Source: a virus (lineage: Duplodnaviria; Caudoviricetes). Taken from it: a DNA stretch of 26,984 nt. Below the pieces are notes generated by a model. The model was given only the letters and a program-made list of their open reading frames with translations, was not told where the DNA came from and searched no databases. The stretch spans positions 1-26,984 of IMG/VR virus record IMGVR_UViG_3300032884_000301; one strand, given 5' to 3'. Both the position numbers and the translations under genes were made by a program. Shown piece by piece: positions 18,143-26,771 of this stretch; within the stretch, counting starts at the first letter, position 1; each line of letters opens with the position of its first letter.

Positions 18143-19018
18143 TCACGCACCACGACCCGCCCCCGCGTTGATGACCTCGCGCCAGCGCAACGGGTCGACC
18201 TGCGCGTAGTACTCCGTCGTCGCGACGTGCTGGTGGCGCATCGCGACTTGCACGAGTCGAATATCACCCGTCTGATTGTAGAGCCGCGTAGCGAACGTGT
18301 GGCGCAGCGAATGCGGCGAGAGCTCCTTGTCGATGCCCGCTTCGCGCAGCCGCCGTTGCACGATGCGTTGCACTTGACGTGTCGAGATGCGCCGCCCGCC
18401 AGCCGTGAACAGCGGCGCCTCCGCCGCGCGAGTAATAAGTGGTGCGAGTACCGCCAGCGCCCGCTCGCTGAGCAAGACTCGCTCTGGCTCGCCGCCCTTC
18501 GCGGCCTTGATGATCGCGACCTTCCCGCGCGCGTCGATATTACCAACATCAAGGCCGACCGTTTCTGCGAGACGACAGCCGGTAAGAATCATGAAGGTCA
18601 GGAGCGCGTGGTCGCGCGCGGCGTGGCGTCCTACGAAGTCGAAGCTCAAGACCTGCTCGATCTCGGCTTCGGTGAGCACGGCCGGCGGCAGCACGCGATG
18701 GCGCTGGCAGCGCAGAATGGCGGTCGGGTTGCGCGGCACGAGCCACCTCGCTTCGCTCCACGCGAACAGCGCCTTCAAGGTGACGCGGTAGCGGTTGATG
18801 GTGGCCTTGGCGCGGTGGCGGCCTGTGGCGTCGAGCTGCACGCCCGGGCTACCGATGAATCGCTGCAGCAGGTCGGGCGTCACGGCGGCGAGGTCCATGT
18901 CGCCAGTGAAGGTGGTGAAGGCGCGCAGGTCTCGGCGGTACGCGGCCACCGTGTGCGGCGAGCGTTGTTCCGCCGCCAGGTTCGCCAGGTATTGGTCGGC
19001 AGTTTCGCGAACGGTCAT
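18143..19018 (-). CDS. XerC/XerD-family tyrosine recombinase
   Basis: SPHTVAAYRRDL N-domain and complete catalytic set R (TGCR), K (KGG), HSLRH, H, Y (TTEYY). AAGGAG RBS before ATG 19018. Confidence 0.95.
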   Translation of the reverse strand: MTVRETADQYLANLAAEQRSPHTVAAYRRDLRAFTTFTGDMDLAAVTPDLLQRFIGSPGVQLDATGRHRAKATINRYRVTLKALFAWSEARWLVPRNPTAILRCQRHRVLPPAVLTEAEIEQVLSFDFVGRHAARDHALLTFMILTGCRLAETVGLDVGNIDARGKVAIIKAAKGGEPERVLLSERALAVLAPLITRAAEAPLFTAGGRRISTRQVQRIVQRRLREAGIDKELSPHSLRHTFATRLYNQTGDIRLVQVAMRHQHVATTEYYAQVDPLRWREVINAGAGRGA

Positions 19019-19081
19019 GGGGTTCTCCTTGGGTCCGGGTGGTGGCTCTACGTCTGCCTCCATCAGGGCTCTTGGGGGACC

Positions 19082-19106
19082 CCGTAGCAAGTGATATCTG
19101 CCGTAG
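19082..19106 (-). repeat. Two inverted copies of the CTACGG 11-mer upstream of the integrase
   Basis: The minus strand reads CTACGGCAGAT (19106-19096) and TTGCTACGG (19090-19082), matching 17992-18006. Confidence 0.65.
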
Positions 19107-19141
19107 TGGTAATGGTTTAAGGTTTGTAAAGGGGCGATCAA

Positions 19142-21538
19142 ATGGCGATGCAAAAGGCGCTGACGAAGGTCATCCGCGGCAGTGAGAGTGGCGGCGACGT
19201 GACGGTGCTCACGACGTCTTCGTCACTATTGGAGAAGGTCGGGCTTGGCGCCTCGCCCATGGACTTCGGCCTACCGGACCTCCTGGAGGATGGCCTCACG
19301 CCCGGTCAGCAAGACGCCCTCTTGAAGCACCTCGTCGAGACCCACCTGTTCATCTTCAAGGACGGCCGCCGCCAGGCCATCGTGATGATCGAGCCGATGG
19401 TTCGGTTCGTAGCCGACCTGTTCTTCGAGCGCCAGCAGCAGGCCATCTTGTGGAAACCGCGAGGGGGCGGTGGGTCGCTTGCGGCCGCAATTCTGATCTG
19501 GCTCATGATGGTCTACCGGCAGAAGTCGTTCCTCGATATGGCGGGCTCGGGGGAGCAGGCGAAGCGGGTTTACGAGTACACGACCCAGTTCTGGTACTGC
19601 GTCCCTGGGCTTACCGACGCCCTCCTGGACGGCGATCCGCTGCTCTCGGAGACGCGGTTGAAGAGCGGCGTCACGCTGTCGTGCGTCCCGGCGTCCGAGA
19701 AGGCGGCCCGCGGCAAGCATGTCGCCGGGTTCGTCGCCGACGAGAGCTGTCAGGAAGATGTCCGCGTCGGTAAGGTCCTGCAGGCTGCCGTCCAAGGCGC
19801 GCTCAGCGAGCCGAACTTCACAATCGTCTTGCTGTCGACCTTCCACGTCCCGTTCGGGTTCTTCCAGGAGAACTGGGACTTGGCCGAGGAGCGGGGGTAC
19901 GCCCGGTACCGCTGGGACGTGTATGACTGCATGGCGTGCTGCCGGGTGGGGATCGAGGACGCTACGGAGGCCGACCCGCAGGCGCTCGGGTACTGCCGGC
20001 GGGAATGTCCGCTGACCGAGGTCGTGCCGGACCGCAACGCGGAAGGCCAGCTCATCGGCGAGCACTTCGAGGGGTGCAACGGCCGGGCCAGGACCGCCGC
20101 CGGCCACCTCTCGCGAGACAACGTCCTGAAAGCGAAGATGCTCAACCGCGGCACCGACGTCTGGGCCGTCGAGCACGAGTGTAAGCGGCCCACGTCCTCA
20201 GGGATGATCTACGACGCGGAGAAGGTGCAGGAGGCGGTTACACCACTGGCGGAACTCCAGCGCCCCACAGGAGCCGTCAGACGGGCTGTGGGCATCGACT
20301 GGGGCCGCTTCGCCGTCGCCATCCTGGCCGAGCGTGCCGTCGACCACATCTCGGTCAGCGAAGCGCGGATCTTCGACTCGAAGACCATCGGCGACCTGGT
20401 CCAGTACTTGGTGGAGTTGCGTGCCCGCATCGGAGACTTCGTGGTCTACGGCGACGCGGAGAACGCCTACGGGAACCTCGACTGCCGCAACGCGGGCTTC
20501 GAGGTGGTCCCCGTGCCCTTCAACAAGATGAAGGACGAAGGCATCGAGAACCTGGCCCGATACTTCAACCACGGCAAGATCAAGATCGCGGACGACGGTC
20601 AGCTGAAGACCGTGGTCAGGCAACTACTGCGATACCGTCGAAACGAGGCCGGTCGAATCGTGAAGCAGGACGACCACGGCCCGGACGCCCTCATGTGCGC
20701 GATGCTGCACTTCCCATTCGTGGACGAGTTCGACACCGCCCTGGGGCAGCTGCTCTCGGGAACCGACCGCGAACGCCTGAAGGTCACCAACGCCCTACTG
20801 GACGCCTGCATCCACGAATACCCGCAGGAGTTGCCCGAGGACGGGTACTGCTCCATGGGCGTTTCGATGTCCACCTCGAGCTTCTACGTCGTGGTCTCGC
20901 TCGTGCCCGACTTCGAGGACGGCAAGTTCCTGGGCCCGCGCCGGGCGATGGTCATTGGCCGGGTCAAGGACTGGCACGACCTGGATGCGTTGATCAAGCG
21001 CTGGAACGTCCGCAACTGCCTGATCTGTCCGCAGCCCGAGCCGCACCTGGTCCAGCAATGGATGCGCAAGTACGAGGATCATGAGGTCTCGCAGCTCATC
21101 TACGTGAACGACGGGATTCGCGAACCCGAGTGGAACCAGCAGGAGAACCGGGTCACGGTGGATCGCACGTACGCGTTCAACGCTGCCTACGAGGAGGTGC
21201 GTGCCCGTTCGTGGTGGATTCCGCCCTCGGCGCGGGACATCGACAACGGCGACTTCTATGCCCAGATGAAGGTGCCGACGCGAGTTCGCGATGCTGCCGA
21301 CGGCGAGATCAAGTACCGCTGGATCGAGACCGGACCCCTGGACCACTACCGCCACGCCCACGCGTTCGACTGTATCGCCGCGGACATCGCGCGCCAGAAC
21401 CCGCCTGCGTACATGTTCGTGCCAGAATTCGTCGGCGAAAGCGAGAGCGCGCGCCTGGCGCGGGCGCTCGGGTACGACACCGGCTACCGCAACGGGTGGT
21501 TGACGCATAACTGGCCGAGGCGACGGTCGTACCGCTGA
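19142..21538 (+). CDS. Terminase large subunit with an additional C-terminal nuclease-like domain
   Basis: ATPase region (PRGGGGS, FVADES, LLSTF), RNase H-like nuclease (GIDWG, YGDAE, DDHGPDAL), then about 260 extra aa with a gpA-nuclease-like pattern ending DHYRHA. Confidence 0.85.
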   Translation: MAMQKALTKVIRGSESGGDVTVLTTSSSLLEKVGLGASPMDFGLPDLLEDGLTPGQQDALLKHLVETHLFIFKDGRRQAIVMIEPMVRFVADLFFERQQQAILWKPRGGGGSLAAAILIWLMMVYRQKSFLDMAGSGEQAKRVYEYTTQFWYCVPGLTDALLDGDPLLSETRLKSGVTLSCVPASEKAARGKHVAGFVADESCQEDVRVGKVLQAAVQGALSEPNFTIVLLSTFHVPFGFFQENWDLAEERGYARYRWDVYDCMACCRVGIEDATEADPQALGYCRRECPLTEVVPDRNAEGQLIGEHFEGCNGRARTAAGHLSRDNVLKAKMLNRGTDVWAVEHECKRPTSSGMIYDAEKVQEAVTPLAELQRPTGAVRRAVGIDWGRFAVAILAERAVDHISVSEARIFDSKTIGDLVQYLVELRARIGDFVVYGDAENAYGNLDCRNAGFEVVPVPFNKMKDEGIENLARYFNHGKIKIADDGQLKTVVRQLLRYRRNEAGRIVKQDDHGPDALMCAMLHFPFVDEFDTALGQLLSGTDRERLKVTNALLDACIHEYPQELPEDGYCSMGVSMSTSSFYVVVSLVPDFEDGKFLGPRRAMVIGRVKDWHDLDALIKRWNVRNCLICPQPEPHLVQQWMRKYEDHEVSQLIYVNDGIREPEWNQQENRVTVDRTYAFNAAYEEVRARSWWIPPSARDIDNGDFYAQMKVPTRVRDAADGEIKYRWIETGPLDHYRHAHAFDCIAADIARQNPPAYMFVPEFVGESESARLARALGYDTGYRNGWLTHNWPRRRSYR

Positions 21539-21555
21539 CTCGCTGGACAGCAGGC

Positions 21556-21741
21556 GATCGACGGCGGGGAGTTGTACGCCCATCTGAAGGCGCCGACGCG
21601 CGTCAGGGATCTCACGACCGGCGAGCTGCGGTACCGGTGGACGGAGACGGGGGCGCTGGATCACTACAGGCATGCGCATGCGTTCGATCACACCTGGCGG
21701 GTGTGTTTCGCGGGGCGTTGTCGGGGGTGAGGTTGCTGTAG
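21556..21741 (+). pseudogene. terL 3'-end relic 1 (frameshifted)
   Basis: Encodes IDGGELYAHLKAPTRVRDLTTGELRYRWTETGALDHYRHAHAFDH, homologous to 21239-21370, then a 2-bp insertion, then LAGVFRGALSGVRLL*. Confidence 0.85.
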
Positions 21742-21824
21742 CGGGTGGAAGTTGGCGAGAGGAGTATCGCGAAAGAGGTATGTGATTTCACCCACGCAAT
21801 TCAACGAGTAGTCCAAATTTATAC

Positions 21825-21854
21825 TTGACAGCTTAGTTTTGCCTCCGCTACGAT
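21825..21854 (+). promoter_or_regulatory. Sigma-70-type promoter of the cargo gene
   Basis: TTGACA-N18-TACGAT, 56 nt upstream of ATG 21911. Confidence 0.55.
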
Positions 21855-21910
21855 CAAATCGCGGACTGGAGGAGTCCGGTCTAAGGTTTCTTCGTATGGG
21901 GGGTGGCAAA

Positions 21911-22918
21911 ATGCAAAAGTTGATCTTTCTTGTATCCATCGTATCTTTTTTTCTCGTTGTCACTCTTGGAATTCCCCTGCAATCGACCGCTACAGCTATT
22001 GCCGGTTGCTCTGAGGTCGGGCTGACCGCCGTTTTCTTGGTGAGCTACATTTACCCTCTGGATTCGCCGCAACTCTACTTGCTGGACGTCGCCGCGGTTG
22101 GCCCGGTGACAAGTCCGTCAGAACCCGAGATGGTTGCGGCCATCCAGGCCGTTCAACCCGAATCTTACTACGAGCATCTCGCTCAGTCTGGCCCATTTCA
22201 TCTCTTCATCTCTGAGCCGGACGATTGGGGTGCCTGCGCCATCGTTGATGGCCGGGACGGGCGCGTCGTCTTCGCCGGTACAATTGCTTGGCTTGGCTTC
22301 GGCTCGGTGACTCTGCCGGCGAACTCGAGCCATCCCTGGTCGTTCTCTCCCGGCGATCCGGCGGCTGAACCCGGCACAGTTGGGTATCTTCCCAACGACA
22401 ACTGGTTAAATCAATACGGTACACCAGAAGATATCACGGATGCGGTCGTAGATTACCTTCGTGGTAGCGACATCTTACGGAGTTTTGGTGACTGCGGCGC
22501 TTATGATATTGTATCGTATATCTACACTCCCATTGATAATCCGGGCGTCGACCCACAGTCTGCTTCGATGGTTGTCCTCGTCAGTGGTCGCTGTGGGCTG
22601 CCGTGGAACGACGCCATCACCGTGGTACCGTCGAGTCCCGTGGCGACGTGGCTCGCGGCGGCGGCTCCGAATCCTTTCAACCCGCGAACCACGGTGACCT
22701 TTACCCTGCAGGCCACTGGACACGCGACGTTGGCGATTCATAATGCCCGGGGGATGGAAGTGGCGCGGTTGGTAGACGAGACGCTCGCCTCCGGAATTCA
22801 TAGCGTCGAATGGACGGGCATAGACGCCTATGGCCGCTCGCTGCCATCGGGGACGTATTTATGCCGCCTCTCGACGCCATGGGGTGTGACGACGAGCAAG
22901 ATGGAGCTCCTCCGATAA
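21911..22918 (+). CDS. Secreted protein with C-terminal FlgD-Ig sorting domain
   Basis: Signal peptide MQKLIFLVSIVSFFLVV and C-terminal APNPFNPRTTVTF...WTGIDAYGRSLPSGTYL. The N-terminal domain is unrecognised. Confidence 0.8.
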   Translation: MQKLIFLVSIVSFFLVVTLGIPLQSTATAIAGCSEVGLTAVFLVSYIYPLDSPQLYLLDVAAVGPVTSPSEPEMVAAIQAVQPESYYEHLAQSGPFHLFISEPDDWGACAIVDGRDGRVVFAGTIAWLGFGSVTLPANSSHPWSFSPGDPAAEPGTVGYLPNDNWLNQYGTPEDITDAVVDYLRGSDILRSFGDCGAYDIVSYIYTPIDNPGVDPQSASMVVLVSGRCGLPWNDAITVVPSSPVATWLAAAAPNPFNPRTTVTFTLQATGHATLAIHNARGMEVARLVDETLASGIHSVEWTGIDAYGRSLPSGTYLCRLSTPWGVTTSKMELLR

Positions 22919-23187
22919 GGCAAGGGCTCTTAACCCGACCGTCGACCCTGATTCAGCCCGGGGTTTACACTTTGCGGCATTGGCGATCACGCTGACGGTC
23001 TGGAAAACCAGGTTAATCCGTCGCGGTCTAAATAAATACAATTGCCTGGACATTTGTCACCTGCACTCGTATCTGGGTGCGCAATTTGCCCGGAGTTATG
23101 TTTCGGCCTCCAGGTGTGCATGGTGCCAGTGCGGGATTCGCACCCGACATTTGCAGTGCGCAACAATATCTAATTGAGGGGGAAATC

Positions 23188-25365
23188 ATGAAACAGGTTA
23201 CGACAGCGAACAACGAGATACTAAATCAGAAGTACACTATTGGATGGCTTTTTCGTTTGATGTCGGCTATGTTCACGATAATCTTAATGATTGGAATTGC
23301 CTCCGCTCAGCCGTCAGACCTTATTGAACGAGATTGCGGAGTAATCGTACAGTTTCGAGAACCGCTAATTACGTTCGACGGGAATCTCCATCGAGGCAAC
23401 CTGACCGAACTGCTGATTGATGGCGAGATGCTGCGGAGCATTCTGCAAGACGCTGGTGTGACCTATGTGCGACAGATACACCGACGCGCAGTACCTGTAA
23501 AGGAAATCAATGGCATAGTTAGGCGAATGCCCGACCTTGCCAATACTTACGTTCTGACCTGTGAGAGTCCGAGAATGATCGGCCCTTGTATTCGCGCTCT
23601 CACTGAGCTTCCTATAGTTGTTTTCGCCGAGCCAAACTACATGGAGACTACTCCTTTGGCGTGCCCAAATCCAATAGACCCGTACTTCGAGCCTGATTCC
23701 GTTGATGCATACCAGTGGTGGTTCACCGGGGCCCGAGAGCATACAGATGCACACATAAATATCGGGCCTGCGTGGGAAGTTACTTGTGGTGAGTCAACGA
23801 CCCGCATCGGATTCCTAGACCAAGGTGTTCGCACCAGCCACGATGACATCGGCAATAGATGTATTAATTACGGCGGCGAAAACGGTGGCCACGGAACCCG
23901 AGTGTACGGTATCTTAGCGGCAAATGCAAACTCAGTTGGCATCGCCGGGATGATCCAAGAGGCGCAAGTCGTATCGTGGAATATATCGCCATATTCTCTG
24001 GCGGCATTCGCTGACACAATTATCGCGGCAGTAGATAATTGGGACTGCGACGTCTTGTGTACATCGAGTACCATTATAACTGCTACATATTCATACGAAG
24101 TCGCAAGCACGTTGAAGAATGCGATTGACTATGCGTACGATTCTGGGGTGCCGTTTGTCGCGGCCACAGGCAACGATGAACAAGGATATGTGTATCAGCC
24201 GGCTTGCATAGACGAAGTGATCGCTGTTGGCGCAAGCGATACCACGGACGCGTTCCGCGATGCGAATACCAACGGCATACCGGACTACAATTGTGGCCGC
24301 TTGCTGGACATTCTAGCGCCGGGAGAGTGGATGACTACGACGGATTCGGCGTCCAATTCAAGTTACTATACGGCTACCTGGGGAACGTCCTTTTCGCAAC
24401 CAATTGTCACCGGGGCAATTGCGTTGATGAACGCGGCCCAGGATGAGCTGGGCGTTTGGAGATATTCGGTTGAGGACTACGAAGGAATGCTGTACGCGTA
24501 CGCGAAAGACTTTGCGTCGGCCGGATATGACACGTTGACGGGGTGGGGCAGAATCGATGTCGGTAGAACCATCGAGAATATGTCTGGCAGATACAGCATG
24601 ATCCACGATCAACAAACCGGCGGAGCTCTCGTAGATTCTACTGGGAGGATCAAATGTACGGCGTACGGGTTTTCAAACCAAGGGCTCAAGCATGGTAACC
24701 AGTACCACATGAAACGGTTCACGATAGAAAAGACTGTTACTTGGCCGCAGTATGCCGACGGAGACTCTGTATTTTGCTGGGGCATGTCAAATGTATCGAG
24801 TGGTATAAGAGACTATGTCCGGAAATGGTCCTTCTTACCGCCTGGCGGACAAACCGCCAGTCATTTGCTGTTCAATCGGCGAATGTGCTATCCTGTGTAC
24901 TCAACGATTGAAGATAACGGCGCGGTGTTTCATAGCTATTACTATAAGGTCTACGCTGGGCCGGTGGACGACACGGTTATTGCTGTTCTCGGGCAGAGCA
25001 ATCCCGATAGCGTAGTATTTTCGTTCGGCGTTGTCGGTCCGGACAGTATTCCTAGTAAGCAATTTGCGTCAGGCACGAAAGTCGCGGGTTCATCGTGGGC
25101 GTCTAGGAGCTATCCCAACCCGTTCAACCCCGGGACGACAATCTCGTTCAGCCTGCCGCAGTCGGGGCGCGTCGCGGTGGCCGTTTACGATATGGGCGGC
25201 CGCATGGTGCGTGTACTGGTAGACGAAATGCGTAGAGCCGGGAACTACGATGTTCGATGGGATGGAACGGATGGCCGCGGCCAGCAGGTGGCGTCCGGGG
25301 TTTACGTCTGCCGGATGGAGGCGGGCTCCTTACGAGAGACGAGACGGATGACCTTGGTGAGATGA
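23188..25365 (+). CDS. S8 subtilisin-like serine peptidase with FlgD-Ig C-terminal domain
   Basis: Propeptide ending FAEPNY, triad LDQG / GHGT / GTSFSQP, AATGND, GWGRID, and C-terminal YPNPFNP...ASGVY. GAGGGGG RBS. Confidence 0.92.
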   Translation: MKQVTTANNEILNQKYTIGWLFRLMSAMFTIILMIGIASAQPSDLIERDCGVIVQFREPLITFDGNLHRGNLTELLIDGEMLRSILQDAGVTYVRQIHRRAVPVKEINGIVRRMPDLANTYVLTCESPRMIGPCIRALTELPIVVFAEPNYMETTPLACPNPIDPYFEPDSVDAYQWWFTGAREHTDAHINIGPAWEVTCGESTTRIGFLDQGVRTSHDDIGNRCINYGGENGGHGTRVYGILAANANSVGIAGMIQEAQVVSWNISPYSLAAFADTIIAAVDNWDCDVLCTSSTIITATYSYEVASTLKNAIDYAYDSGVPFVAATGNDEQGYVYQPACIDEVIAVGASDTTDAFRDANTNGIPDYNCGRLLDILAPGEWMTTTDSASNSSYYTATWGTSFSQPIVTGAIALMNAAQDELGVWRYSVEDYEGMLYAYAKDFASAGYDTLTGWGRIDVGRTIENMSGRYSMIHDQQTGGALVDSTGRIKCTAYGFSNQGLKHGNQYHMKRFTIEKTVTWPQYADGDSVFCWGMSNVSSGIRDYVRKWSFLPPGGQTASHLLFNRRMCYPVYSTIEDNGAVFHSYYYKVYAGPVDDTVIAVLGQSNPDSVVFSFGVVGPDSIPSKQFASGTKVAGSSWASRSYPNPFNPGTTISFSLPQSGRVAVAVYDMGGRMVRVLVDEMRRAGNYDVRWDGTDGRGQQVASGVYVCRMEAGSLRETRRMTLVR

Positions 25366-25404
25366 TATGGAACAGCTAGTCAAGCGTATATGAAAACTCT
25401 CCTC

Positions 25405-25433
25405 GGGTCCCGGCATCAGCTGGGGCCCTTTCT
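25405..25433 (+). terminator. Probable intrinsic terminator
   Basis: GGGTCCCGGC-ATCA-GCTGGGGCCC stem (two G-U pairs) followed by TTTCT, 40 nt after the peptidase stop. Confidence 0.55.
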
Positions 25434-25616
25434 GATTGCTGGCGCAGGGACTCCAACGGACGGTTGATCAGACTGTTTTCCGCGGGTTGGTTACCGCACA
25501 AAATTCTGTCCGTCTCGGGTTGACCTCCGTCTAAGGCCGCGGGTCCGGCTCATGGCCTGCCGCATACTTCAGACGAGGATTCCCCTGAGCGGTCCCTGCT
25601 CCACCCCAGTTTCTAC

Positions 25617-25883
25617 TTGGTCGACCAGACGTTCGCTCTGAACGCCGCCTACGAGGAGATCGGTGCCCAAAACTGGGTGCTGCCGCCGAATGCTCGCGAG
25701 ATCGACGGCGGGGAGTTGTACGCGCAGCTGAAGGCGCCGACGAGAGTCCGCGACCTCACGACGGGCGAGCTGCGGTACCGCTGGACGGAGACGGGGGCTC
25801 TTGATCACTACAGGCATGCGCATGCGTTCGATCATCTGGCGGGCGTGTTTCGCGGGGCGTTGCCGGGGGTGAGAGCCTTGTAG
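25617..25883 (+). pseudogene. terL 3'-end relic 2
   Basis: VDQTFALNAAYEEI...IDGGELYAQLKAPTRVRD...DHYRHAHAFDHLAGVFRGALPGVRAL* aligns with the terL C-terminal domain. It is 5'-truncated and has no RBS. Confidence 0.85.
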
Positions 25884-25967
25884 TGGGGAGAATGGCGGCG
25901 GGACTTCCTCCTCTATTGGACTCCAGCGTCCGCGTCTGCCGGCTAGCCGACGCGTGCCACCCCCGAC

Positions 25968-26027
25968 GCCTTCGACCACCCGGCGGGCGTCTATCGCGGG
26001 GCGCTGCCTGGGGTAGAAGTGCCATAG
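25968..26027 (+). pseudogene. terL 3'-end relic 3 (short, degenerate)
   Basis: Encodes AFDHPAGVYRGALPGVEVP*, colinear with the last 19 codons of relics 1 and 2. Confidence 0.7.
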
Positions 26028-26771
26028 CCATGAGGACATAGACGACGGCCGGGCTATGACACACAATTTCAGATAATACCAGTCTCCGCTCCCCCGCAAG
26101 GTAAAGCGCCGGGACAAACTGGGAATTCACAAATTTCGCCTTGGACGCACGCAACAGGCGCAACATTACCCAGAGTAGAGACTTACAAATGCAACCAGTT
26201 ATTATCCTAATCCCGTAGCCGGCGACCGCCGCAAATACCACTTCCTCCCGCCGCTCACCGCGGTAGTCTGACACTGCGGCGAGACGACTGGGGAATCGTC
26301 AGCAATGGAAGACGGGGGTCTTTCAATCCGCGCCGACGGTTTCCGCTTTCGTCTCACTGCTGGGGTGACTGCCGATGGAGGGAGAGCGCGGTCGTGGGGA
26401 CAATTGAGGTCATTTCGGACTTTTTAGGCGCGTGTTTTCCGAAACGGTACTCGATCCTGATGCCGTTTGACCGTCTGGGCCCCGTCGTTCTTATCGTGCC
26501 CGACTCTCCAAACGGCTGTATTCGTCTGCACGGCAACTGCCGCGCATCTACTACAGAACACTTGGCCGGCACTTGCAATGGTAAATTGCCAGGGTAAAGA
26601 ATCGGAAGGATGCCAGTGAGTGTTCGTCATCGAAACCGTCGACTATTTGCGGCAGTCGACTCGAATCCCCTCCTGAAGGGTGTAGCGAAAGCAATATACG
26701 TTAGCGTTCAAGTCTAGTATGCAGAAGGAGCGCAACGCTCCTCAGGTCCACAAACGCATTGGGGGAGCAAA

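Larger units (their letters stand above)
17891..19143. mobile_element. Minimal tyrosine-recombinase cassette inserted between terS and terL
   Basis: Single antisense integrase gene with AT-richer flanks, inverted 11-mer sites at both ends, and AAAT at 17887-17890 and 19140-19143. Confidence 0.55.
5794..21538. mobile_element. Integrated phage-derived / satellite-like element (serine recombinase, replication and terminase modules; no capsid genes seen)
   Basis: Divergent, translationally coupled operons of recombination, replication and packaging genes with uniformly high GC. Attachment sites were not identified, so the boundaries are approximate. Confidence 0.8.

Noticed and set aside
18143-19018. 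Integron integrase with attC cassettes, or chromosomal xerC
   Set aside because: At 291 aa it shows no IntI-specific insertion before HxxR, and I found no attC-like sites. The context is mobile, so no gene symbol was given.
18122-19087. 321-aa plus-strand ORF and other long overlapping ORFs (e.g. 14116-14946, 16440-17318, 19271-20176, 20795-21691)
   Set aside because: Antisense shadows of well-supported genes in high-GC DNA, with no motifs.
22990-23050. c-di-GMP-I riboswitch upstream of the peptidase (GGTCTAA seen)
   Set aside because: The GGCAAA / GAAA tetraloop / GACGCAAA elements are not present in the required arrangement.
5521-25458. ACTCCAACG at 5521 and 25450 as attL/attR
   Set aside because: Only 9 bp with no supporting flanking symmetry, which is expected by chance in 27 kb.
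21239-25883. Diversity-generating retroelement (TR/VR pair) to explain the terL repeats
   Set aside because: No reverse transcriptase in the window, and the differences are mostly synonymous changes, not adenine-specific.
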